Part shown: positions 9,800 through 20,895 of the stretch, one piece after another | Numbering within the stretch: position 1 is the stretch's first letter | How the letters are laid out: each line of letters starts with the position of its first letter | Virus record (IMG/VR): IMGVR_UViG_3300005253_000144 | Location: 38,175-102,174 of that record | Length of the DNA stretch: 64,000 nucleotides | Strand: one strand, 5' to 3' | Source: a virus | Notes under the pieces: generated by a model | Told to the model about the DNA's origin: nothing | Seen by the model: only the letters and a program-made list of their open reading frames with translations | Database searches by the model: none | Translations under genes and position numbers: made by a program

Positions 9800-9944
9800 A
9801 TTGAATATTTTCTTAGGCCGACAGGACTTGCACCTGTGACCTCCGTGCTTTTGGCAACGGTGCTCTATCAGCGCTACTTACTTGGCCGGGAGCGACCCAT
9901 TCTTTCGGCACCTATCTGAGCTACAGCCTAAGAAAATATTCAAT
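9800..9944 (-). ncRNA. tRNA-like RNA with 52-nt D-loop and extended acceptor stem
   Basis: TAGGCTG-TA-GCTC...GAGC-A-CCGT...ACGG-AGGTC-ACAGG-TGCAAGT-CCTGT-CGGCCTA cloverleaf (9813-9930) inside a perfect 19-bp inverted repeat (9800-9818/9926-9944). Confidence 0.75.
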
Positions 9945-9968
9945 TATTAATTTTCTGAATTCCATGTA

Positions 9969-9997
9969 ATATTACCATTTGCGCTATAATTTGTCAA
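9969..9997 (-). promoter_or_regulatory. sigma70-type promoter with TATAGC spacer box, upstream of the 9.5-9.9 kb ncRNAs
   Basis: TTGACA-AATTATAGCGCAAATGG (17 nt)-TAATAT. Confidence 0.75.
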
Positions 9998-10018
9998 GTG
10001 TTTTATATCAGATATATA

Positions 10019-11596
10019 TCAGAAAAGATTCTGCTGGATACCTAAACTCAACCAATAATCTAGCCGCGCTTTAGCAATGTCAATGTATGCCCGTAAAAAT
10101 TCTACACCAACTATGCATTCCCAGCCTGCCTGGAACGCGCCTATCATTTCGCTACCAGTTCCCGCAAATGGCACGAAAATACGGCGTGGGGCATATTCAT
10201 CTGGTGGGAGTAGCAGAGTTGCTAAGTGTTTGATTAGGGCAATCGTTTTTATGGTGGGGTGTACATTGCGCTTACAGGGTTCATCCTCTCCCTTGTCATT
10301 TATATGATGGGTGCTGTGTAGGTCCCCGCATTTGGCGCAGGGGATGTGATGGATTAATCCTTTCTCGCGCTCAACATTTCCGGTCTTTGCCATATATTTG
10401 AAGGCCGCTTCCTGTTCTAGCTTTTCGTATACATAATCAGCGTTGAAAAAGAATTGTGACGCGCCGCCAGAGTCGCCATAGGTATCCTGCAAAGTCGGTC
10501 TATCGCGGTCTCCTTTGTGCCAACCCCAGTTTTTAGCATTGTGTTCGGGAGTCATCAGTCCACTTTTCAAATGCCCGCTCTGCCTATCCAGTTCTCTTGC
10601 CGGACATCCTTCAACGCATTCCCAGACCGCACTTTCACCGCCAACTTCCTCGCCTTCGTAATCTTCGCCGACCGCGTCTCCGAACGGTTTTGCGCCGTCT
10701 GTAAATCGGTTGATAATATAGCCGTCCGGGGAAGTGCCAATGCGCTTGCAGTCTGGGGAATGTTGGATTATGAAGTTGGCTGGCCAGCGGCCAGAGGAAC
10801 CACCCCATTCCTTTTCTTTCTCTGTTTCCGCCCACCCATAAATGTGAGACGGCCCGCTCCCGGTCGGTCCTACTGGTTTTCCAATCCTCCCCCCATCAAT
10901 ATTCAACGCCCCCGCCCCCGTGCGCGTGATGTCGTCTACCGGTCTACCTTTCTCTGTGTACGGTTTCTGGAATACGATTATCGGCTCAAGTGCGGGCTTT
11001 TGAGCTTGCAGTCCGTAGCGGTGACCTTCCCAGGTTTTGGCTAGGTCGGTGGTAGCCTGTTCTCTATAATTGGTGTGTCTACCATCAAATATACTATTCT
11101 CTTGAATATCTTGTGTTTGTCTAGTACCACCATCTCTATATCGGTCATACCATTCTGATTCTCTCTCTGCCCCCGCCGCCTTATCAATCTGCGTATCAAT
11201 CCGAGTAGCTTTCGGAAATCCACTCCCATAAACCCAACCCATCATCGGGTGGATAATATAACCACTGTCCTCAATCGCAACCGCCATCCGGTGTGCTGTT
11301 CTACTGCCGCCGAATGTCATACAAAATGCGCCGGGATATAGTAAGTCCCAAAAGGCGCGCCATGTTTCTGGTCGGAATGCCACATCGCCTCCGTCCCATT
11401 CCTGTGACATAAAACCGCGGGATACCCGCTGAAATGCACCATCGCTCCCAAACTGAGCAGGTGCCGCGCCATCTTTTCCAAAACGTTTGGTGATACTGGT
11501 TAGATGATAGGGAGGGTCCGCGAGGAGTGCGTGAAAAGGCGCACCATCATAATGTTTAGCAAAACGTATTACATCACCATTTAATATTCTATTCAC
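10019..11596 (-). CDS. DNA adenine/N4-cytosine methyltransferase (beta-type)
   Basis: LADPPY motif IV; HPTIK; VPFAGTGS motif I. Confidence 0.9.
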   Translation of the reverse strand: MNRILNGDVIRFAKHYDGAPFHALLADPPYHLTSITKRFGKDGAAPAQFGSDGAFQRVSRGFMSQEWDGGDVAFRPETWRAFWDLLYPGAFCMTFGGSRTAHRMAVAIEDSGYIIHPMMGWVYGSGFPKATRIDTQIDKAAGAERESEWYDRYRDGGTRQTQDIQENSIFDGRHTNYREQATTDLAKTWEGHRYGLQAQKPALEPIIVFQKPYTEKGRPVDDITRTGAGALNIDGGRIGKPVGPTGSGPSHIYGWAETEKEKEWGGSSGRWPANFIIQHSPDCKRIGTSPDGYIINRFTDGAKPFGDAVGEDYEGEEVGGESAVWECVEGCPARELDRQSGHLKSGLMTPEHNAKNWGWHKGDRDRPTLQDTYGDSGGASQFFFNADYVYEKLEQEAAFKYMAKTGNVEREKGLIHHIPCAKCGDLHSTHHINDKGEDEPCKRNVHPTIKTIALIKHLATLLLPPDEYAPRRIFVPFAGTGSEMIGAFQAGWECIVGVEFLRAYIDIAKARLDYWLSLGIQQNLF

Positions 11597-12131
11597 GCTC
11601 TGCCCTTTGTAATTTTATTTCTCTGATACGATGACATCTGGGGCATACAGTTATAAGATTTTTAATCTGGTTTGCTTTTGAATAATCATTAAATTTCCTA
11701 GAAGGAACGATATGATGTACATGTAATGAGTGCCCTATATTTTCCAGACACTCACTTTCCGTTATTAAACAATCTTGACATGTATTATTATCTCGGTTTT
11801 TTACGGCTCTACGCTGTGCATACCAGTTTGCTCCGTGATGATTTATACCATTTCCATGAATAAACTGTGGATGATTTTTACCAATTCGGTATTCATCTCT
11901 GCATGGCCTAGAGCAATATTTTCCCGCCCCTTTATGTTGTTCAAGTTTGCTTTTGGCTATTACAAAGTTCTTTCCACAATTTAAACATTGTTTTTTGGCT
12001 AACCTAAGATGTGGTCTTGCTTTAATTGCAGCGTACTGGCAATCTTTTGAACAATGTTTACCGCGGCCATGTTTGATACGTGAAGGATTCCTACTAAATA
12101 TTTTTCCACAACATTCACATATGAAGTCCAT
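11589..12131 (-). CDS. HNH endonuclease with Zn-ribbon repeats
   Basis: Two CxxC...CSxxC repeats; RDNNTCQDC, LHVHHIVP, NLITVCPRCH. Confidence 0.9.
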   Translation of the reverse strand: MDFICECCGKIFSRNPSRIKHGRGKHCSKDCQYAAIKARPHLRLAKKQCLNCGKNFVIAKSKLEQHKGAGKYCSRPCRDEYRIGKNHPQFIHGNGINHHGANWYAQRRAVKNRDNNTCQDCLITESECLENIGHSLHVHHIVPSRKFNDYSKANQIKNLITVCPRCHRIREIKLQRAERE

Positions 12132-12253
12132 TTTATTATTATAAGATAAATCATGGGACGAGGCAATTGAAATACATAGCAAAGGCTATAACATCCCCTG
12201 TAATTATCCTTGCATTTATGCTTTCCATTTCTTAATTATACCAATATTGATAC

Positions 12254-12282
12254 TTGACATTTCACATCGCATCTGCTATACT
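12254..12282 (+). promoter_or_regulatory. Near-consensus sigma70 promoter antisense to the local genes
   Basis: TTGACA-17 nt-TATACT with TG extension. Confidence 0.6.
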
Positions 12283-12310
12283 TTGGTTATAACCCCTTGG
12301 CCTGCCCCCC

Positions 12311-12652
12311 TCAGGTCCGGGGGTTTATTTTATTTTCTGTAAATAGTCTTTCGGCATGATTACTATCCAATAGAGTAACGACCTCTTTAGTCGTGTTGCT
12401 GTAAATGGGGTAATAATCTTTATCTCCGCATCTCACCATATGCAGAGTCCGCGATTTTGTCAGCCTCACATATCGCTTGCTTTTATTCCTTCTTATCGAA
12501 TGTAGAATTTCCGTTCTTAATTCATCCGTGAAGTTGATATCCAGCTTTTCTCTGGCTCTTTTTATCGTATGGCGGCGATAACCCACTTCGCGCGTATAGC
12601 GTGCCCTTTTCCTTCTTCTTCTTCGCTTTGATGACCCGCGCCTACGCGGCAT
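12311..12652 (-). CDS. Basic hypothetical protein
   Basis: Arg-rich N-terminus; HTIKRARE...VVTLL resembles small RNase-fold phage proteins (weak). Confidence 0.5.
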   Translation of the reverse strand: MPRRRGSSKRRRRRKRARYTREVGYRRHTIKRAREKLDINFTDELRTEILHSIRRNKSKRYVRLTKSRTLHMVRCGDKDYYPIYSNTTKEVVTLLDSNHAERLFTENKINPRT

Positions 12653-12659
12653 CTAATGT

Positions 12660-13286
12660 CTACGCGTTGCCGTAGATATTATCAACCATGCCAGCCTTGA
12701 TAGCCATATCAGCATTGAACCAAGTATTATGCTTTAATGATTTCTCAACATCCTCCCGCTTAAGAGTGCTATTATTCAGATAAAATGTGGTGATGCGTTC
12801 TATCATCATATCCAATAGCTTAACATCGTCTTTAATTTGTGTATATGTACCCCACATAAATGCCGACAATTCGTGGATAAGCATGTAGGCCGAGGGTTGG
12901 ATATATCTTTGTGAACAGGCCATCGAAATGAACGTGGCCGCACTCGCGCACATTCCCTCAACAATGGAATAGATGGGCGTCTGGATTTGTTTGATTTGGT
13001 CTGAAATCGCAAACCCATCAGTCACCGAACCGCCCCAAGAATTTATATGAAGCCAGATGGGAATGGGTGGAAAGTCAGGTGGGAGTGCTCTTGAAATGTG
13101 TTCACTACGCAAGAAATTGTCCGCTTCCCTAAGCCGCTGCAACAATGTTAATCCCCTATCCGAATTAACATCAGCATAGAAATAGACATGATTATTAATT
13201 GCTTCGACAGTAGTTGGTGCAATAAATCGTGGTCCCTCATCTGCCGTTGGGGGAGTTGGTGATTCAAATGTTGGTTTTGGATACAT
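12660..13286 (-). CDS. ClpP-like serine protease
   Basis: LHINSWGGSV, CASAATFI (catalytic Ser), MLIHE, WFNADMAIKAGMVD. Confidence 0.9.
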   Translation of the reverse strand: MYPKPTFESPTPPTADEGPRFIAPTTVEAINNHVYFYADVNSDRGLTLLQRLREADNFLRSEHISRALPPDFPPIPIWLHINSWGGSVTDGFAISDQIKQIQTPIYSIVEGMCASAATFISMACSQRYIQPSAYMLIHELSAFMWGTYTQIKDDVKLLDMMIERITTFYLNNSTLKREDVEKSLKHNTWFNADMAIKAGMVDNIYGNA

Positions 13287-14103
13287 AATTTCTTTCTCCT
13301 TTTGTTTGATTTTCTGCCGGTGCAAGTCCGGGCAGATGAACGCTCGCTAATAAACCTTTTGCCATTTTACAATATTTTTCTACAACTTCAATTCCAATCC
13401 CCTTGCGCCCTATATCTTGGGCTGCCCGCAATGTAGTGCCGCTCCCCATAAATGGGTCTACAACAGTATCGCCTAGATATGAGTACAATTTTATCAGACG
13501 TTTTGGCAATTCATAGGGAAATGGAGCTGGATGTTTAGATGCCGTTACAGGCGTAAAGAACCAAGTCTCTTGGGTATAGGTCAAAAACTCTTTGCGTTCC
13601 CAAGGACCTGATTCCATCCCTTCCGAACTACGTTTCTCTCCCCATTTCTCGGCCACAATAATATATTCATGGCGCCCTCGAAGAACGGGAGCACTGGCAC
13701 TTTGCCAGCTACCCCATGCGGTCGTACCTAATGGAGTTTGTTTGTCCCAAACAATAATCCCAAGTAGCCGCATTAATCGGCGTAGCTGAATCGTGATATC
13801 GGCATGGATAGGGTAGTAAGGATTACGGCCTTGGTCATTAATATTTATGCATAATCGACCGCCACCAATTAATATTCTCTGGCAGGCTATCCAAACAGAA
13901 TCAAGCCAAGCCAAATAGTCCCAATATTCTTTGCTGTCATTGGTTTGATGATTCTCATCGCCATATTCTTTGCCAACATTATAGGGTGGCGATGTGACAA
14001 TAAGGGCTATGGAATTCATTGGAATCGCACTCAATATTTCTAAACTATCGCCATGAAATATTGTGGAATTTTCATTCTGATAAAATGGCTTAAGATATCT
14101 CAT
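13264..14103 (-). CDS. DNA methyltransferase (N4C/N6A, beta-type)
   Basis: VTSPPYN, HPAPFP, DPFMGSGTT. Confidence 0.92.
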   Translation of the reverse strand: MRYLKPFYQNENSTIFHGDSLEILSAIPMNSIALIVTSPPYNVGKEYGDENHQTNDSKEYWDYLAWLDSVWIACQRILIGGGRLCININDQGRNPYYPIHADITIQLRRLMRLLGIIVWDKQTPLGTTAWGSWQSASAPVLRGRHEYIIVAEKWGEKRSSEGMESGPWERKEFLTYTQETWFFTPVTASKHPAPFPYELPKRLIKLYSYLGDTVVDPFMGSGTTLRAAQDIGRKGIGIEVVEKYCKMAKGLLASVHLPGLAPAENQTKGERNYVSKTNI

Positions 14104-14460
14104 TTATTCCGCGGGGTCAACTTGAATGTAGGGCATTAAATATGTGCCCATGTTCCGCTGCGTTTGTATGAAATCCTTCCCTATTTTGTGGCGGATGCGG
14201 GAGACAAGATTGGAAAGATTGTTCATTCCAAGCTGCATTTCTTTCATTATCTCATCTCTTGACACGGCATCCCCAATATTGTTAGCCAGCAATAACAAAA
14301 ATTTATATTCCATCATCGTAAGAAAAATCTCCCTATCATTTAAGAATATTTTTGCACGGTGAAAATCAATCGTTAAATTTCCATTTTGTAGCATTATGTC
14401 ACCACAACTTCGGGGATTTATTGTTTTGGTAATTCTGATAGAGGATATATCCGGCAGCAA
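14104..14460 (-). CDS. Stand-alone OmpR/PhoB-type winged-helix DNA-binding domain
   Basis: LTMMEYKFLLLLA...VSRDEI...VSRIRHKIG...IQTQRNMGTY; no receiver domain. Confidence 0.8.
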   Translation of the reverse strand: MLPDISSIRITKTINPRSCGDIMLQNGNLTIDFHRAKIFLNDREIFLTMMEYKFLLLLANNIGDAVSRDEIMKEMQLGMNNLSNLVSRIRHKIGKDFIQTQRNMGTYLMPYIQVDPAE

Positions 14461-14504
14461 GAAGAATCGATATGACCACCGAAATTATATTTATGGTATT
14501 CAGT

Positions 14505-14996
14505 TTATTTTTTGTCATTGGCAGCTCTACTCTCTTCTGTAATCGAATAATCGTCGATTCCCCATTCCTTTAATTGCTCCCATGTAGTAGCTAAAACGCG
14601 CGCCGCGGCGATAGTTCTTTGTTTGGGGGAAGCATGAGCCAGCAGAAACATTTTTCTAAATATGCGCTTTTCCAACACTATTCTATCCAATTCAGATGCA
14701 TATTTAGCCATCGCCTTTTCCCCCATCTTTTCAATCATATCTTCCGCCATATATGCATGGTCAATATATCTCATAGGAAACCAGCTTTTTGCATACCAAT
14801 AATCAATAGTGTCACAATAACTAAGGTCATGTTCTGTTATCCAGAAACATGGGCGCGGCAAAGACTTGATGTTTTCATTGGTTATATTTTCAATGTCCAC
14901 TTCTTCCCATTTCATTAACTCTGATGCCAGAAACTTAACTATCGCTAGTTCTTCCGTTGAGGGATTTCCCTTAAGAGAAAATTTGTCTTCGCTCAA
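14505..14996 (-). CDS. ABA-sandwich-like phage protein
   Basis: WFPMRYIDHAY...HASPKQRTIAA; ends KEWGI like its paralogs. Confidence 0.5.
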   Translation of the reverse strand: MSEDKFSLKGNPSTEELAIVKFLASELMKWEEVDIENITNENIKSLPRPCFWITEHDLSYCDTIDYWYAKSWFPMRYIDHAYMAEDMIEKMGEKAMAKYASELDRIVLEKRIFRKMFLLAHASPKQRTIAAARVLATTWEQLKEWGIDDYSITEESRAANDKK

Positions 14997-15545
14997 TGCG
15001 GTCCTCCTGTAAGCGACCCATTTTTAATATCGCTTTTGGCCTTCCTCTCCCAGCCCGCCTCCTCCAATAATTCTGGGTGTATATGTTCTAAGCTTATCAA
15101 ATCCCCTTCCTTCGCAAGGATGACAAAAAAGCTTTTGTTGGAAAACCTTTCTTGTAAGTTCATTATGAGGTCAGTAATAGGCTCATAATCAACCTCTTCT
15201 CCTATTGTCATGATATAAATCGCCCCGTGATTCACGTCCACGCGCTTGATATCAATAATCGTTTTCAGTAATTTGAATAATATTTTTAACACCGTTCAGC
15301 CATTTCCTTTCCGCGCTGATTCAATGCAAAATAGGTGACTGTCCCCTCGGTATGCCTTTTCTTGATAAGCATTTTTTTCCAAAGTGAGTAACCTATTTTA
15401 CCCCCAATCCTTGTCAAATCACAATACCATCCTCCGGGTACTGCGCACACCAAATCTTTTCCGGCTACCATTTCAAGCAACACAAAATGCTCACGCGGGG
15501 TAATGTGCAAGGTGTTTATATCAGGAACAGGAATGCCAATAATCA

Positions 15546-15827
15546 TCACAATCCCCACTCCTTGCACTGCTCATCATCAGCAAGTGCTTTTACGGCGGCG
15601 ATGCAGATGGCTTTTGCCGCCTCCCCCGCATTCCTTGTAAAAACATGTCTGCCCATTAGTTGTTTATTGAATTTGTTGAGCTTTTTATTGCTACCATTTT
15701 GAAATATCCGCTCCACCACCATCCACGCGTGTTCTATCTTGTTCATGGGGTCGAACAGTTTAGGAAAAATAATGTAGTCTTTCCTCATCTGTTCTGCCAG
15801 GAACTTCACTATCGCGGATTCGTTCAT
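15546..15827 (-). CDS. ABA-sandwich-like phage protein (paralog of 2641..2991)
   Basis: FDPMNKIEHAWMVV...AICIAAVKAL; identical 3' end to 2641..2991. Confidence 0.6.
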   Translation of the reverse strand: MNESAIVKFLAEQMRKDYIIFPKLFDPMNKIEHAWMVVERIFQNGSNKKLNKFNKQLMGRHVFTRNAGEAAKAICIAAVKALADDEQCKEWGL

Positions 15828-16040
15828 CTCAGCCGCATCTTCTTAAACAATTCTACAAAGTAATCCATATTGCGCACATAATAAGTATACGTTCGCCTAT
15901 GCTTCAGCCAGTGCTTGCAGACTACCATGTGACCATCAACAATCGCGAGAATGTACAGTTTGGCAATGTTGTTTGGGTCATCCTTGCCGAAATCTATCCT
16001 ATACGTCTTGCCCACTTCTACTACCGCCTTTTCGTTCATC

Positions 16041-16724
16041 TCAGACATTCAGCACCTTGAATTCCACGACCCATACCCAGGGATTGGATTCCCAGGGATA
16101 GCCGCGCTTGGCGTTGATAGGATTCCATATCTCTCTAAAGGCCATACCTGGAATATCATTGGGATGAAATTCTGGAAACTTAGCATATTTATCAAGATGC
16201 CGCTGATGTATTCCTTCTGCAATAACATCCCCTACCGTGATTTCATGTAGTCGCTCCACGCGCACATCTGTTATTTCTAAAGTAATACGACTCGCCCAAC
16301 GGGGCATGTGGATTGAGGGTGACCAACGGTAGTTTTCTTCAAGCGTAAATGGGTCAAGATAGTTTGGTTCATCCGCGCGGAATATTATTCGGCAATCCTT
16401 CATATCTTCTGGTGGGTCCATGTCAGGCCATTCATAGAAAAATGTTTCCCGTACCCACAACCTTTCCCCAGGAACACCATAGGGACAATGATACAAAAGC
16501 CCATATGCTGCTTTTAGCTGATGTAATGTTGAGCCTGAAAATCCGCCAGCCCCCTTCTTCCATTCCCAGGCTTCTCCAAAAGATTTAATTCCCTGAGACT
16601 TTGGCTGAGGCTTAATAACCCGCCTCGTCTGAGACTTGCGCCCATCCAGAATAGCGCGAACCATATCGCTATTGAAAATAATCGGGCGTGTTTTTATCTC
16701 AATTGCTGAATTCGGGGACATCAC
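16041..16724 (-). CDS. ASCH/PUA-like phage protein
   Basis: RPIIFNSDMVRAILDGRKSQTRR, SIHMPRWASRITLEI, NPWVWVVEF. Confidence 0.8.
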   Translation of the reverse strand: MMSPNSAIEIKTRPIIFNSDMVRAILDGRKSQTRRVIKPQPKSQGIKSFGEAWEWKKGAGGFSGSTLHQLKAAYGLLYHCPYGVPGERLWVRETFFYEWPDMDPPEDMKDCRIIFRADEPNYLDPFTLEENYRWSPSIHMPRWASRITLEITDVRVERLHEITVGDVIAEGIHQRHLDKYAKFPEFHPNDIPGMAFREIWNPINAKRGYPWESNPWVWVVEFKVLNV

Positions 16725-19700
16725 CTATCAAACATCGTCTCCAATTTTATCAATTATTATAGATGTAGATTAAAAATTCCTAATATATTATAGTCCAATA
16801 AATGACTAATTGCAACACCCGCTAATGGTTTATGTTACGTAATCCAGATATCTTCTACATCGTCAAAGCACAATACTTCTGGTACTCCGCCAATTCGGAA
16901 ATCTGCCTCGCGCAATCTTCGGTCGTAGGAAGGGGAATAGTCGTTCTTAGCGCACATCTTGCACAATCTGCCTTTTCTGCTTAATGTGAGGCGGTGATTA
17001 TGTCCAGTCCAACATATCACTTGACATGCTGGGCCAATTGACGGATTATCGGTATTGGTGCCATACAGCATGGCGTGGTGTCTTACATTTCGTAGTGGTG
17101 ATTTGTAATATATGAGCCTGTTGCTCATTTCCTTGAAAACATAGCTTTTATGTCACTATAAATTTGCTTGAGCAAAGCTTGCCCTTTTCCCGACATCGGC
17201 TTATCTTCAAATACCTGCTCTTCAACAGATAATGTGGCCGTGCAAGTGACAATCACCATTCTCTGTTTTTCATCAACGCGGACTATTTTGAAAATTATTT
17301 GCTCATCTTTAATTTCTTCTTCTACAATCATGCTCGTCATTCTAATAGCATGTAAAAGATGTTGGCGGCCATAGTGAATGCCATCGCTGTATGGGCCAAG
17401 TTCGTTGAATGGATTTATATACTCCCCCTTAAAGTTTTGACTTTCGCCAAACTTGGTCTCTTCCTCTTCAATGAACTTCAGCATTTCCTTAACTAGTCTG
17501 CCCTTATCTTCAGCCATCGCTCATCCCTCCGCTTCCGGCATTGGGTCCAACCAATTGCCAACAACCTCATACTTTTGTCCAGCCCAATAACGAAAACCCT
17601 GAAACCCTTTATATGGAATCGGTCGAATCCATGTCCAGGTATCAGCCGGTATTGCAATATAATATCCTGCTCCCCACTCCTCCCCGCTTACTTCATCGGT
17701 CATATATCCGCGCCATGCAGTATTGGTAACTACCCCAAAACCGCGGATATAGCCATCTTCAACATAAAATATTTTGGTCTCGCCTGTACGTAATAGCTTT
17801 GGTAAGCGCGCGAATTTACGGAAATAATAACCACCGCCATGTTTAATACAGGCCGCCGCTTCGCGGGCAGCATGTTTGATTTGGTTGATGGGCGTGGTGA
17901 CCAATATATCGTGATTGGATGAAAGCATTATTCCTGCTTCTCCTCTTTCAGCGTTACGATAACACTTGAACTTGTGGGTTCATGCCCCAGCTTTTTCCCG
18001 GTGGCCGTCACTGCTTCAGAAAAATACCACCACATATTAAACTTATCTGTGCCAAGTAATGCCAATAATTTGATTAATCTGCGCACAAGCAGTTCCTGGT
18101 CTCCCTGATTTTCAAAAAATCTTATCGTTCCCTTGAATGGTGTATACGTGCAGTGGCTAATATCATTATTGTGACTATGCTCATCCACGACCCATCTTCG
18201 CTCATCAATCTTTCCATAACAGTCAAAGCTTGAACCAACATCGCTATCATCATGCGCAGATACAAGCAATAGTTCACAATTCAAATCAGGGCAACATCTT
18301 GGACGGGCCGGACCAGGACATTGGCTCCCGCTCCAGGCATCCTTTTCATGCCATGTAATTTGACACCATTCACATAACCAGATACCTTGCTTGGTTAGTG
18401 ATATATTAATTCTATGACCAGTCAATTTTCCTCTAGCCTCCACCGCCGCCGCCAGATGAGCCGCCAGATGATTTTCCCCCGCTTCTAATACCGGGGCTAA
18501 TGCCGGGGAACGGGCCAATCACCATTCCAGTTTCTGATTCTATCAGATGGGGTGTACCGCTTAATGAAAACTCTTCGTAACCCTGTTGCAGCAATTTGTG
18601 CCAAAGAGTTTCCAGTCTTTCAAACAAAAGCTTCACCTCTTCCAATGGAGTTAGATTTTCAATATTCAGAGCGTCCTCCCATTGGTTCTCTGTAATCTCA
18701 TTACCTTCGCTATCCAAATATTTAAATGAGTCTGAATGTTTGGCCTTGATAACCTCCATGGCCTGGCTTAATGCGTCGCTGATAAATATCTTGTTCATTC
18801 TCTCAACCTTCAATTCCTCCTCCGCTTGCGCAAGCCGCTCCAGCTTCAACCGGACATCTTCCCCTATTTCCTTAACTTGTTTTTCAACGTTTTTCATATC
18901 AACCGGCATCTGAAACCTCCATACAATTCTCATTAAGCCGAATCTCATAAAGTGCCTGGGGAATCACTTCGGTAAGGCGCAGGTCTGCCTTATAGCCATC
19001 GTCCCAGGGCGCGCCATCATACCAAGCCGTTTCGCGGTATCGCTTCATGACTTCATATAGCCCCACAAAGCCATCAATCAAAATGGCCCCTACAAGCGGG
19101 AGATTATTTATTGAACCCTCTAACTCGCGCTCCACTTCAGGATGTTCTATCGGATATTTGAAATCAAGCTGAAGCTGCTCAGGCCTAAACATGAACATTC
19201 CTTCATAGGGCGGAAATGGAATGCGATTCTTGTAAGGTGAGGATTCTTCCATATAAGGCCTTCCAGCGTTCATTTCCTTATTTCGATGGTGGTGCCATTC
19301 ACCGCAATACCACCATCGATTTACTTCCTTTGGCATCTTCAATTTTGCGCGCCAGCGCGCGGTGGTAATATATGGCGTCAAAAACAGCCATTGCCAAGGC
19401 GGTCGTACATATTTCATGTTCGTCATTTTGTCTCCTGGGAAGCCTCTGTCTTTACGAGTATTCCACATATGGTTAGCCCCCTGTTTATGTTTATGCCCCA
19501 TTGAACTTTGGTGACTACCCCGACCAATTCGCTTTCTTCTTTTTTGGTAGATGGATAAACCAAAAGGATTTCATCTCCGAGCCGTGGCACATCTTCCATT
19601 TCCATTTCCCAAACAATACTTTCTTTGCCTGCGTGAACTTCATAAATTATGACCTTTGTTATATGTATCATTTTGCAATCCAGGACTCTACTACGTTCCC

Positions 19701-20895
19701 AGATACAGTCCTCATCATGGGAAAAGGGTTTGCCTCGGACTTCTGAGCGACGGCAATATTTACAATAGTCCAAACGCGTATCATTGGCCTCATTGATATG
19801 CGTTCCTATGGGATGGCTTTTTGCTATTTCTGCAATTATCTTAACGTGTTCATTCATCCTTGAAAACTCCTTACTTTCCTTTAGCATCCTTTCTGCTCAT
19901 CTACTCAATTAGATAAATGAACAAGGTTTTGTTTTTCCAATTGGCTCTCTCTTTTCCGCACAAGTAACTCTAGCCCAAGCAATTTGTCTGCTAATCTATT
20001 TGATTTATTGCATTCTTTAAGGAACGCTTGGTCGGTTTTTGACAGGGAAGATAATACACCAAATAATGTGTCGTAATTAATAGTTAGATGAAACTCTTTG
20101 CTCATATTATTTGCGTTATGCCAATAAGTTAGCTTCACAATTCACACCTTTCTGCTTGCGATAAGATAGATTATAGCAAGCTAGTCTTCTCTCTGAACAA
20201 TACCACCTAATTTGATATATAAATCCACAGCTCCCTGTGCCTTTTGGGTAAGTATATTGTATCCATCATTGGTTCGCTCCACCAAGCCCAATGCCACCAA
20301 TTTATCTCTTTCGATTTTTCCGATTAAATCCCCGTCATAAACTCCAGCTTTTCTTGTGACGATTGATAAAAGCTGGTCAAACATTCCTATAGTAAATATT
20401 TGTTCCATTGTCTTGTTCTCCATTTGCTTTCATGTATTTCTTATTATTGTTTCTCCGCTTTCAACCGCTTCCTTGGTTTGAATAATCAAAAATCCCGCCC
20501 CCGCCATCTCTAAAGCAAGCGGGGCGTCTGCATCAATCATCATTGTTTCAGGAGTTATCAGCTCCCAAACCCCAAGTAATTTTCCTAACCCCATTGCCGC
20601 CATCGCAAGCCCTTGGTCGCCAATATCTGCACCCATCTCCAAATAATTATGTTCTTTGCCGTCTAACCAATGGGGAAATTGGTTTTTGATTAGTTCTGTA
20701 AACTCTTCCTTGTCACCTCCTATCTTAGAAACCTTGAAGAAAATCATATCGGTGGTATGGCCATCGGGCTGATGTGCTTCCGGGTCTTCAGGCGCATCAA
20801 AACAGCGACCGCACTTACATGCCCCCTTTTCGGCATTTTGGTTAACGTAGTCAATCAATTCTCTCAATCCCATACTATTACTCTCCTTTGATAAC

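Noticed and set aside
9683-9919. 78-aa ORF on the + strand (likewise 33244..33441 and 35151..35405)
   Set aside because: Antisense shadows of RNA genes or real ORFs, with no RBS or protein-like features
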